Shown piece by piece: positions 37,433-49,192 of a stretch of 64,000 nucleotides of DNA. The notes beneath the pieces were generated by a model. The model was not told the DNA's origin, made no database searches, and saw nothing but the letters and a program-made list of their open reading frames with translations. Positions within the stretch are counted from its first letter, which is position 1. Each line of letters opens with the position of its first letter. Made by a program: the position numbers and the translations under genes. Source of the DNA: Rhizophagus irregularis. Taxonomy: Eukaryota. The stretch spans positions 2,294,001 to 2,358,000 of the forward strand of contig NC_089430.1 of NCBI RefSeq assembly GCF_026210795.1. Direction: 5' to 3'.

Positions 37433-38699
37433 CGTACTTTCTCCTCCGTTGGGCTCTGCCCATTTTTTCCCATGAAGTTATGGATGAAAAATATGAGGAT
37501 TTTTTGCCTTGAGTGATAGTAAAAGGACTTTTCGATGTTATATGAAGTTATTACTGAGGTCTTTAGTTTTGCCTGAACTCCTTACGGCTTATATTGAGTT
37601 AGGACCGTTATCATGAGTCTTGGAGTTACCAATAATACTGTAAGATGGCAGTTCCATACGAACGTTCCCCTGGGCTTTCTGAAAGGTTGAAAAGTAGTGC
37701 GTCTTGGTTCCTACGCCTTTAAAGTCTAACTGGCCAAGTGGTTCGCAGGCCGGACCGGTATTTCTTGGAAGGAGCTCGACCAACGTATTTCTTGCTAGTT
37801 GATGTTGTTAACTGGGGAGTTAGTCTTCTAAAATAAGGAGACGGAGTTGAGGTGTATGTTTGGTGAATTTTACTCAGGTTTTTCTCATTGCACTTCGAGT
37901 TTTCCTGAGGTTTATGTCTTTATTTTTTGCTTTTTGTTTTTCTTGGTCACTTTTTTCGGTGTAACCTTATTTTCTTTGGAGGGTGGGGGGATACTGGAAA
38001 ATTTGATCGTCATGGTGGCTTGGTGTTACAATTTTCAAAATCGATCATCATTGGGGTAATAAGGGGGGTGACAGATTGGGTACCGCAGTTTTTGTAGTAT
38101 GCCGATCAAGGTGGTCACATGATGGACTATCATTGGATTGACTTATCTAGGTAGATCTTAGGTCGATGGATTGTTCGCAATGAGGTGGGTGTCCTCCGTT
38201 TGGGATCATTCGAAATGAGGTGGGTGTCCCTTCGGGGATTGCACGACACTAAAAAGTTCCCCATCGGCTGGACTGCACGACACTAAAAAGTTCCCGGAGG
38301 TCTTTGTGAAATAGGTTTGTTATCCATAGTATGTAGTCAAATAGGGGAAATTGAATTTTAGGCATTTTTGATAGTGCTAATGGTAGCTCGGAGGTTCTTT
38401 ACCGATTCTAGGAGTGGGTACGGCGCTGGATGGGTTACGTATAGCATAGTCGACTTTACTCATTTTGAGATATATTTGGGGGGAGTAGCCGTAGTTATTT
38501 ATATAGAGAGGGTGGGGTTTTTAATCTTAGCTTTTCTTATTTGTAATTTCGGAAGATTATTTGTTCTTTGTTTTTCTATTAGTTCTGCACTTGTTGCGGT
38601 ACTTTTTAGATCACTCTGTGTTTCTCTAAAGTTACTTCGGCATTAATTAATAAAATTCAAGCTCATGCTATGTTTACCTTGATAAGGACTGATGATGAT
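37433..38699 (+). mobile_element. Non-autonomous ~1.27-kb partner element (SINE-like), copy A
   Basis: No credible long ORF; G/T-rich. Ends AATAAA...ATGCTATGTTTACCTTGATAAGGACTGATGATGAT, homologous to the LINE 3' terminus. A near-identical copy starts at 63299 with the same 5' end. Confidence 0.75.
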
Positions 38700-38808
38700 A
38701 CTGATAGATCTCTTACCGCCGATCTATTAACCAAAAATTTTCGGAAAAGAAAATTTTATATCTTCGTACTAACTACTCTTATATTTTACCCAACTCATAC
38801 CTTCTAAC

Positions 38809-40941
38809 ATGTCTAGAAACCTTGCTAGAAGAGGTGGCGGCAGTTATAATCCTAATAGTAATAAGGCTGCTCGTCAAGAAAAGAAAAATAATAAAAAACA
38901 ACTCTCTGACAACTCTGGTTCTGATAGTGATAATAATTCTCAAAAACGTTTCCGTATACTTACAAAAGACTCCATGGATGAAGACTATGAAGATTTCGTT
39001 GCCGACGCGCCGGCTGACGGTGGTTTAGTTGGTTCAACTTCGACCGCTATTCCTCAACAAAATAATTCCCGCAGCACTGCCCAAGAAAATACTCAAGCTT
39101 CTACCCCGAATATTTCTGCTGCGCCTACTGCGCCTGGCCAAGACGCGTCCTCTGAAGCTAACGCGTCTATTCATGCACCAAGAAACAAAGAAAACAACTC
39201 ATCCCCTAGCGCGTCCCCTAATATGGACGTAAATGATGGTACATCGCCCGATCAGGTTGTTGATCCCTCCCCCACCATTACCATTAATCGTCAAGATTTC
39301 CTGGCTGCAGCTGCGCCCAACTCCGCTCCCCAAACTTTAGAGAAACTTAAAACTAATAAGGCAATTATAGATGCCGTTAACAATTTATTTTTAGAAACTT
39401 ACGAATCATATACCGGTCGGGCTCGTATGACTGGTTCAGGGGACGCTAAGCGTCTCATCATACATTTTCATACTGCGGAGGCTCGTGATCTGTGTGTTGG
39501 AAGCATACACTCCGATTTTCCGGACCTACAATTCCACCTGTACAATCCCAAACAACTCCGGTCTGATGAAGACCTCCGTGCAATTCAAGTCACGGATATA
39601 CCGTTCTTTATTACTAAACCGCAACTCCAATCCTACTTCAAAAAATTCGGCAATCTCCTTGCCCTTCATCTCTACTCAAGGAAAGGTGCTAAGATGCAAC
39701 AAGCTCGCATTGTCTATGATCATGCTGATGCCATCTCCCGTTTCACTACTCAATGGGCAGTTTACTGCTTTTCCACCTGCTTACGTGTTACCCCATGCCA
39801 TTACTCTTTGGATCAAAAAGCTGCTCGTAGAGCATTTGTAGCTGTTCTCTCTGGACTTCCCGCTAATACCAAAGATATCCATCTCGCTCCTTTGGTCAAA
39901 GAACATGGAGCAAAAGCCATTAACATCCCCCTTTCCCTAAATTCTTATAAACCCAAACCTTGGGCTTATGTTACCTTCAACTCGCAAGAGACAATAGATG
40001 CCGCTATGGAGCAGACTATTGGTTTCCAAGGTCGTACTCTTCGATAGGGTACATCCAACGATTCGAAAGCTCTTTGCCACCGATGTGGTAAACTCGGTTG
40101 TGCTCCTACCTCCTGTCCGCTTAACCAACGCCGTGGTCATTCACGTACATGTGACCCTGTGGCTGCTCTTAAAGAACGCTTCAATATTGGCCAAAGGCCC
40201 GCCCAACAAAGAACGCCGCGCAATAATTCTCGTTCTCGATCTCGATCTAAATCTCGGGATCGTTCTGCTTCAGCTCAACGTTCTAATTCCAATTCCAATA
40301 GATCTAATAATAATAATTCCAATATTAATGCTAAGCCCTCCTCCTCCTCTGGCTCAGCTAACTCCTCTTTAACTGCTCATGGACGTACACCTTCCAACAA
40401 CCGTAAAGGCAAAGATAGATCTGTTTCCTTTTCGTCCAATGCTCGTGCTCCACTCCCGGATCCGAATTCTCCTAATGCTCTTGAGGCTGCCCTTAAGATT
40501 CTTAATGTTTTAAAGAATCTTCAACAAGATGTTGCTCGAGTGGAATCCCGCATTTCAAATCTTGAACTTAACAATCAACGGCTATCTGCTATTGAAGCCC
40601 ATTTAGGCATCAATCCTCCCTCTGCACCTGTCGTTAATACTGAACCTGATCGAATGGAAGAAGACCCTCCTGAAACCACTGGCACCTTAATCCAGCATCC
40701 CAATGCTCCTTTATCTGCTGGTTCAATGAAATCCTCTTTCTCTGCATCTACATCCAACAAAGCCCCACACTCTGCTTCCGCATTCACTTCTAACCCTTCC
40801 CCGCAAGACGAATTGAACTCCGTTATTCAAGATCAAAAAGTGATTAAAGATACTTTACAATCGCTCACTGGTTCCATCCAAGGTTTTATTGCTTCTCTTG
40901 GTGGTTCTCCCTCCGATCGAGCTTCAGCTCCTTCGCAATAA
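38809..40941 (+). pseudogene. LINE ORF1, copy 3; TGG>TAG stop at 40045-40047
   Basis: ORFs 38809-40047 and 40159-40941 are in the same frame and collinear with intact ORF1. Confidence 0.9.
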
Positions 40942-40988
40942 CTGATTTCTCACCTCCTTTCCCCGTACTTTATTATCATAGTGTTCTA

Positions 40989-43900
40989 ATGTCTGACAAT
41001 TTTAATTATGATACGTTTGTTCGAAACCCACCCAATCCTGTAGATACTTATAATTTTTCAGAACATGAATCTTTATTTACTACATTAAATTCCCCCCTAT
41101 CCCCAATTCCTTTAATATTTCATCCTTTAATATTAATGGCCTTCGACATAATAGCCAAGTTAAAATTGAACAAATTTCCAACTTTTTCAACCTTAAACAT
41201 ATTTCCTTTGGTGGTATCGTAGATACCCATTTATCCCCTAAACGACTTCATTTTCTCTCTAAACGCCTTCCTAATTATACTGTCTTTTCATCTGATATAG
41301 ATAAAACCAAACAAGTCAAATCTACTGGTGGCGTTTCCCTTTTTATTGAAAAATCTCTTGCTTCCCATGTACAAGATTTTGTTTCACATTCTTCACGTAT
41401 TTTATCTGTTGACCTCTATTTTAAAGGCAACGTTAAATTGCGTATTTTTGTTATTTACATCCCCCCTATTTCTGATTCTAAATTACGATCTGAAACTATT
41501 GATCTCCTTTTACAATTATTAGTGCAAACTAAACAACAAAATTTTTATCACGCCATTTGTGGCGATTTCAATATGCATTTAGATGCCTATTATCCTATTT
41601 ATTTTAACCGCCCTTCTGTTGCTTCCCAACGAACTTATCGTTTGCTACATCATCTTTTATCTCATGGATATGAAGAAACTATTCCTGTTAACGCTTCTGA
41701 TTCCTTAGGCACTTTTCACCGTGACGATCAAGTTACTCGTATAGACTATGTTTGGTCTTGTCCAATGCTTAAAAGCTTTGCTCTCACCTCCTATATATTT
41801 GACGCCCAAGACACCTGCTCTTCTGATCATAATCCCATCATCGCTTATTTCGATGATTCACTCTTGTTTGCGTCTATCAAGGTTGCTCGCGCTAAACAAC
41901 TTCAACGTCGAACTCGCCGCATATTCAAATTTGATTCAGTGACTGATCAACAATGGGAATTCTTCTCTACTCATACTGACTCTTTATGCGGCGTACCGCC
42001 ATCAACCTTCTCAACATGGCATATTAATCAACAATGCGAATATTTACATTCTCGTATATTGAAAGCTGCTAATGCTTCCCTTCCATCTGTTATAGTTGGT
42101 AATCAGCATACACCCACGATGCCCAAGGATTTGGAAGCCTTAACTCAACATTATCGTTTCCTCAGCCGTCTTTTGCATTCGATACGTTTATTGCGAAAAT
42201 ATCCTTCTACTTATTATAATAGATATGAACGTACTTGGTCCACCCATTTCATTAGACTTCAAAATATTCTACATCTTTATAAGAAGGTTATTCCTTCTCC
42301 CCCTATTTTGCCTATTTGCCGTTTTTTATCCATTTGTAGGCAAGACGATTTTAAATTTCTATTAGACTCATTAAAGCTTATTTCTAGTGCCCTTTATGGC
42401 TTCCTTCTCCTTAAAGAAAAAGATTTTCAAGATTCTTCCATTCGTGCTAAATTGGATGATAGGGATAACAATTTTGCAACTGACATCTCTTCATTTATTG
42501 ATTCTGCTCTTTCAAGAACTCGACGTCGTATTACCTTGGATCGTGTGTTTATCGACTACCCTACACATCCAAAATTATTGACAGATCCGCATGATATTGA
42601 CGACGCTGTTATCGACCACTTCCAGAATTCCGTACCTATTAAATCATCTCCTCCAGATACCATTTCAACTCTTCCTGAAAGATGGTCTTCTGCTTATCAC
42701 CCTATGGACGATGTGGATTCTTCAATTTACAATTCTTTATTGGATCCTCCTACTCTCGAAGAGTGGTTGTCTACGGTCTCTTCAATGCCTAATGACAAAG
42801 CTCCTGGTCCTTCCATGATTACTTATGAGATGCTTAAGCATCTGGGTTCAAACGCTTCTGCTTTGGTTTTAATCCTTGTCCAATCATGTCTTCGTACCGC
42901 AGATATTCCTGATTTATGGCGCCAGGCTATGGTCTTTCCTATCCCTAAACTTCACGAATGGAAATGTCAACTAAAGAATACAAGACCTATTACTCTGCTC
43001 GAAGTAATTAGAAAATCTTTGGTCAAACTTTTTTATAATCGTCTCGCTTCCATTTTGGCTTCAAATGAAGTTCTCAAAGGAGGTAACTTCACCGGTCTTC
43101 CAGGTGGTTCTTGTCGCGACCCTATTGTCATTCTGGAATCTATTATCCATGATGCTCATGTCAACAAATCGCCGCTTTGGATCCTTTCGCAAGATATTTC
43201 AAAGGCTTTCGACTCGGTTGATCTCAAGATGTTGCGTTTCGCTCTAGATCGCATTAAACTTCCTGCTTCTGCTACCAAGTTTATTTTATCCCTCTTCATG
43301 AAACGCTCTAATCGCATTTTTACTGCTCATGGAACTACTCCTTCTTACCGTGTTCGCATTGGTATAGATCAAGGCGAAGTTATCTCTCCTTTACTCTGGG
43401 TCATATATATAGACCCTTTATTGACTGTTCTCAAAAAAGAAATGATGGATCCATATACGCTTCATGCTCCCTCTTTAATCAATCCTTCGGCTCAGACTAA
43501 TTCAGATGGATTACGTATCAATAATTTGGTCTTTATGGATGACTCTACTTTAATTTCGTCATCCAAATCTGGAATGGAATCAATGCTTTCTATTACGGAA
43601 GAATTTTATCAAATCAATAATACTTCCGCTAATCACAACAAATATGTTTTAATTACTAATTTGTTGCCTCCCACTTCAGTTTCTTCGCCTTCTCCAGTCG
43701 TGTTTGACTTGCAATTATCTGGACTGAACAAAGTTCCTTCCATTTCTATTGTGCCTATTTCCATGAATAGTTCTTTCTGCTTCCTGGGCGTCTGGTTCAA
43801 TGTCGCTGGATCTCGCGATTTTGTCAGGAAACAAGTTGCTCGTGAATGCAATTCCTTTGCTGCTACCGTTCGCCCTGCCAGATTATCTGCTAAACAAGTA

Positions 43901-46615
43901 GTTTATTTACACAATACCGTCCTTATTCCGAAATTGGAATATTGCATGCAAGTCACTCACCTCTCTGAATCTGAATGTGCCTCGGCAACCAGCAGTATCC
44001 GTTCCTTGGTTAAACATAAGGCCAATTTTTCACGTGTACTCCCAGATTCTATTTTGTTTTTATCTCAAGGCTTGGGATTGATTAATTTATTTTTTCACCA
44101 ATCACAAACACATTTAACTAATTTGTTTTTATTAGCTAATTCTTCTTCTTTTTTTATGAAAAATTTATTTTTATATAGATTACGTTTAATTCAATTTTCT
44201 TTTTTGATTCCCATTTCTCCATTGTTAGTTAAAGATTGGACTTTATGGTCTAAACTTTTCGCTTTTAAACAGGATTATATCGCTTGCACTATTGCTCTCC
44301 TGACCACCACTCCCTTCAAGTTGTTGCGTTCACGACTTTCAACTTTGCCTGACCTTACTATATCCAACGGTCATACACCTTTATATGATGTTATGACTCC
44401 AAAAATTTTTATATCTTACTTCCGACGTCTTAGAAGTTTGCAACTTTATTACCTATCACAATTTATTACGCCTCAAGGAACCCATATGATTACTTGGAAC
44501 GTTTATCTATCCAATTTATCGAGCAAGAAAGGTCATCGTGTCCTCCTGCACAAATGGTTCAATGACATTCATCAACGCGTCACTACTCCAGGTTCCAATT
44601 CTCTCCTTTTGGATCGGTTTTCTTCTGATGCTATTCCTTCCAATATCGACTTGCTCCCCGCCTTTGGTTCCTCTCACAAATCCATGAAATGGATCGTAAC
44701 TTTGGATGATGATGGCTCTCCTCTTTTTGGAAAACAGCTCAGTAAATAACAATATTCCTGCAAGATTGTCCATTGGACCTCTGATTGTGTAACTCGACCT
44801 AATGATGTTATCACGCTTACTCCTTGTCCCGGTTGTTCTAAACATGTACCGGTTACCCATACTAAAAGCAATCCAACAGATGTTACTCCTTTATGTATCA
44901 TCCCAAAACTCTCTCCTCTTAGATCTTTACTTCTCCCAACAACGCAGGAGCGTATTAGACATGACACCACCAATATTACTTCTCCCTTTACTTGGGCGGA
45001 CCTTGACGAGACTGTAAGATCCTATTATGGTCGTTTGGACATTCAACCTAATTTTTCACAAGATGCTGTGGCTACTCTCCCTTCTCCTTCTCCTCCTCCC
45101 TCTTCGGGTTCGGCTGCCCCTCTTGCTTTTGCTGCCTTACCGTTAGCGACTCCTCCTGATAACCACTATTGTTTTTATACCGATGGTTCTTTAATTAACC
45201 TTGGCACTCCTGATGTTTCTATGGGTTGGTCTTGGGTTCAAGTCCTTGATGGCGCTGGCTTTTTCCAATCTATCGCTGCTCACGCTCATGGAATTATTCA
45301 CAATTGGCCTTCTTCTACAAGGGCTGAAATCGCCGCTATACATGCTGCTCTTACTGTGACTCCTCCCTTTTCAACGGTCACTATTCATACTGACTCTCAA
45401 TCTGCCATAAATGGTCTTCGTCTATGTGCTACTTCTTCTTATTCCAATAGTAGGCTTTATTACAAGACCACCAATTTTGAACTTTGGGCTATTATTGAAC
45501 GTCTCATTTCATCCAAATCTTTATCCGTCACTGCCGTTAAAGTGAAAGGTCACTCTGGTAATTTCTACAATGACTACGCGGACTCATTAGCCAACTCTGC
45601 GCATACTTCCTCTTCAGCAATTCTTCTTTCTGATCTGGATCAAGTATCTCCTCACGATTTCGTATTAAATTATGATGATGTTTTATGCGAATCTAACCCA
45701 CGACGCCTATTCAAGCAATATTCGCAAATGCTGTGGATGCATAGATTAACGCGTTTATCGCGATTTAACTTTACCATTGCTTTATCTTCCATCTCAGACT
45801 TCGTAATCTATTGGGATCTTACCTGGTCCACGTTAAATGCTGAACCTCAGCATGATGCTTCTTTTACTCGTGCTCATGCTTCCTCTCATCGAACCTTCAA
45901 ATTCAAACTCTTTTTGGAAGATTTACCTACCTTGGAACATCTTAAAAGAATCCGCCCGGACTTGTATATCGACATCTTATTATGTCGTTCATGCCTCGAC
46001 TCCAAGGAAGATTTCATGCACTTATTTATGTGCAAATGTAGACGAATCGCTATGGAACAGATTCTCCTCTCCTACCAACATCACTTTATTAACAAACTTC
46101 AAGAAGCTGGTGATCTTGTTAACAAAGATCCGTCTCTAATTATTAACAAATTTAAATCTCTTCCTTGTTGGTCCTTTTCCTCTTCAAATTGGACTTCATA
46201 TAGCCTTGTCCGTGGCTGCCTTCCGAAATCCTTTGTCACATTTTTTGAAGAACTTTCTATTCCACGAAATTCCGCGATGAAGGTTATCTCTGCTATCCAC
46301 AATCACTTTATCCAAAAGATCAGAAAACGAATTTGGCTACCGCGCTCCTATGATAAATCTAAATGGGAAGACGCGATGAATATTACTCATAAACTCAAAC
46401 TTTCTCGGCCTTCAAATTTGCCAAAGTCCATGTACTTACCTTTCTCAACTTTACCTCCTCCGACCCTTTCCGACGCCGCACGTGACTCCGACGTTGATTA
46501 TTTAAAGAACTTGATGAAATATGGTTTGCCTTGGTTTAATCACTATTCGGGTTTTATGGGTCGTCTAACGGTGCAACTTACTAACAGCTTTAGCAGGGTG
46601 GTGTGTCGATTTTAA
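40989..46615 (+). pseudogene. LINE ORF2, copy 3; frameshift near 41095 and stop at 44747-44749
   Basis: Fragments 40989-41222, 41438-44749 and 45035-46615 are collinear with the other ORF2 copies. Confidence 0.92.
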
Positions 46616-47012
46616 CAATGGGCGCATTGTTCGTTAGTTTGTTTGCATAGTTGCTTCTTCTTAGGTTGGAATATATCTAGGCGGAGGATCAGGATAGTTT
46701 TAGTGTTATGCGATTTTTTCCTTTTTGAATTAATTTTATAGCTTTATTACCGTTTTGGAGACTATATAGTTTTGTTTTTAGTTAATTTTATTTTTCTTTT
46801 TTTGTACTTTGAAAATTTTATATTATTTTTGTAAGTTCGTTAAATAAATTTAATAAAGATAAAGGCTACTATGCCATGTTTGCCTTGATAAGGACTGATG
46901 ACTGATATATAGATCTCTTACCGCTGATCTATTGACCAAAAATTTTCGGAAAGAAAATTTTATATCTTCGTACTAACAACTCTTATATTTTACCCAACTT
47001 ATACCTTCTAAC

Positions 47013-49145
47013 ATGTCTAGAAACCTTGCTAGAAGAGGTGGCGGCAGCTATAACCCTAACAGTAATAAGGCTGCTCGTCAAGAAAAGAAAAATAATAAAA
47101 AACAACTCTCCGATAACTCTGGTTCTGATAGTGATAATAATTCTCAAAAACGTTCCCGTATACTTACAAAAGACTCCATGGATGAAGACTATGAAGATTT
47201 CGTTGCCGACGCGCCAGCTGACGGTGGTTTAGTTGGTTCAACTTCGACCGCTATTCCTCAACAAAATAATTCCCGCAGCACCACCCAAGAAAATACTCAA
47301 GCTTCTTCCCCGAATAATTCTGCTGCGCCTACTGCGCCTGGCCAAGACGCGTCCTCTGGAGCTAACGCGTCTATTTATGCACCTCGAAACAAAGAAATTA
47401 ACTCATCCCCTAACGCGTCCCCTAATATGGACGTAAATGATGATACATCGCCCGATCAGGCTGTCAATCCCTCCCCTACTATTACCATTAATCGTCAAGA
47501 TTTCCTGGCTGCGGCTGTGCCCAACTCCGCTCCCCAAACTCTTGAGAACCTTAAAACTAATAAGGCAATCATTGATGCCGTTAACAATTTGTTTTTAGAA
47601 ACATATGAATTATATACCGGCCGGGCTCGTATGACTGGTTCAGGGGACGCTAAACGTCTCATCATTCACTTCCATACTGCGGAGGCTCGAGACTTGTGTA
47701 TTGGTTCTACACACTCCGATTTTCCAGACCTACAATTCCACTTGTACGATCCCAAACAGCTCCGGTCCGATGAAGACCTCCGTGCAATCCAAGTCACGGA
47801 TATACCGTTCTTCATTACTAAACCCCAACTACAATCCTATTTCAAGAAATTTGGCAATCTGCTATCCCTTCATCTCTATTCAAGGAAAGGTGCCAAAATG
47901 CAACAAGCCCGCATCATTTATGATCATGCCGATGCCATCGCCCATTTTACCACCCAGTGGGCAGTTTATTGTTTTTCCACCTGTTTGCGCGTTACTCCCT
48001 GTCACTATTCAGTGGATCAAAAAGCTGCTCGTCGTGAATTTGTTGCTGTCCTCTCTGGACTCCCTGCTAACACTAAAGATATCCATCTCGCTCCGTTAGT
48101 TAAAGAACATGGAGCTAAAGCTATTAACATTCCTCTTTCTCTAAACTCCTATAAACCTAAACCATGGGCTTATGTTACTTTCAATTCACAAGCGACAATG
48201 GATGCCGCTATGGAACAAACAATTGGATTCCAAGGTCGTACTCTTCGGTGGGGTACTTCCAATGATTCGAAAGCCCTCTGCCACAGATGTGGTAAGCTCG
48301 GTTGTGCTCCTACCTCCTGCCCGCTCAATCAACGCCGCGGACGCTCACGTACACGCGACCCTGTTGCCGCCCTTAAAGAACGTTTCAACATTGGCCAAAG
48401 ACCTGCTCAACAAAAAGCTCCGCGTAATAATTCTCAGTCTCGCTCTCGCTCTAAATCCCGAGATCGTTCTGCCTCTGCTCAACGTCCGAATTCAAACTCT
48501 AACCGCTCTAATAATAATAATAATAGCTCTAACAATACTAAACCCTCCTCCTCTGGTCCAGTTAACTCCTCCTCAACTGCTCATAGACGCACGCCTTCCA
48601 ATAATCGAAAAGGCAAAGATAGATCTGTTTCTTTTTTGTCCAATGCTCGTGCTCCACTCCCGGATCCGAATTCTCCTAATGCTCTTGAGGCTGCCCTTAA
48701 GATTCTTAATGTTTTAAAGAATCTCCAACAAGATGTTGCTCGTGTGGAATCCCGCATCTCAAATCTTGAACTTAACAATCAACGGTTATCTGCTATTGAA
48801 GCCCATTTAGGCATCAATCCTCCCTCCGCTCCTGTTGTCAATTCTGAACCTGATCGGATGGAAGAAGACCCTCCTGAAACTACTGGTATCTTAATCCCAC
48901 ATCCCAATGCTCCCTTATCTTCTGGTGCAAAGAATTCCTCTTCCCCCAAATCTACACTCAATAATGTTCCGCACTCAACTCTTACATCCACTTCTACCCC
49001 TTCCCCGCAAGAAGAATTGAACTCGGTTATTCAAGATCAAAAAGCGATTAAAGATACTTTGCAATCGCTCACTGGTTCCATTCAAGGTTTTATCGCTTCT
49101 CTTGGTGGTTCTCCCTCCGATCGAGCTTCAGCTCCTTCGCAATAA
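47013..49145 (+). CDS. LINE ORF1, copy 4, intact
   Basis: 710-aa ORF homologous to copies 1 and 2. Confidence 0.9.
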   Translation: MSRNLARRGGGSYNPNSNKAARQEKKNNKKQLSDNSGSDSDNNSQKRSRILTKDSMDEDYEDFVADAPADGGLVGSTSTAIPQQNNSRSTTQENTQASSPNNSAAPTAPGQDASSGANASIYAPRNKEINSSPNASPNMDVNDDTSPDQAVNPSPTITINRQDFLAAAVPNSAPQTLENLKTNKAIIDAVNNLFLETYELYTGRARMTGSGDAKRLIIHFHTAEARDLCIGSTHSDFPDLQFHLYDPKQLRSDEDLRAIQVTDIPFFITKPQLQSYFKKFGNLLSLHLYSRKGAKMQQARIIYDHADAIAHFTTQWAVYCFSTCLRVTPCHYSVDQKAARREFVAVLSGLPANTKDIHLAPLVKEHGAKAINIPLSLNSYKPKPWAYVTFNSQATMDAAMEQTIGFQGRTLRWGTSNDSKALCHRCGKLGCAPTSCPLNQRRGRSRTRDPVAALKERFNIGQRPAQQKAPRNNSQSRSRSKSRDRSASAQRPNSNSNRSNNNNNSSNNTKPSSSGPVNSSSTAHRRTPSNNRKGKDRSVSFLSNARAPLPDPNSPNALEAALKILNVLKNLQQDVARVESRISNLELNNQRLSAIEAHLGINPPSAPVVNSEPDRMEEDPPETTGILIPHPNAPLSSGAKNSSSPKSTLNNVPHSTLTSTSTPSPQEELNSVIQDQKAIKDTLQSLTGSIQGFIASLGGSPSDRASAPSQ

Positions 49146-49192
49146 CTGATTTCTCAACTCTCCTCCCCGTTTATAATTATCATTGTGTTCTA

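Larger units (their letters stand above)
38706..46910 (+). mobile_element. LINE copy 3, full length
   Basis: Same termini; junction AAGGACTGAT-GACTGAT-ATAT. Confidence 0.95.

Noticed and set aside
37589..38646. Short ORFs in the partner element (37589-37783, 37847-38059, 38368-38646)
   Set aside because: Low-complexity hydrophobic translations of T/G-rich DNA with non-ATG starts. The 37847 ORF changes frame and length in copy B.
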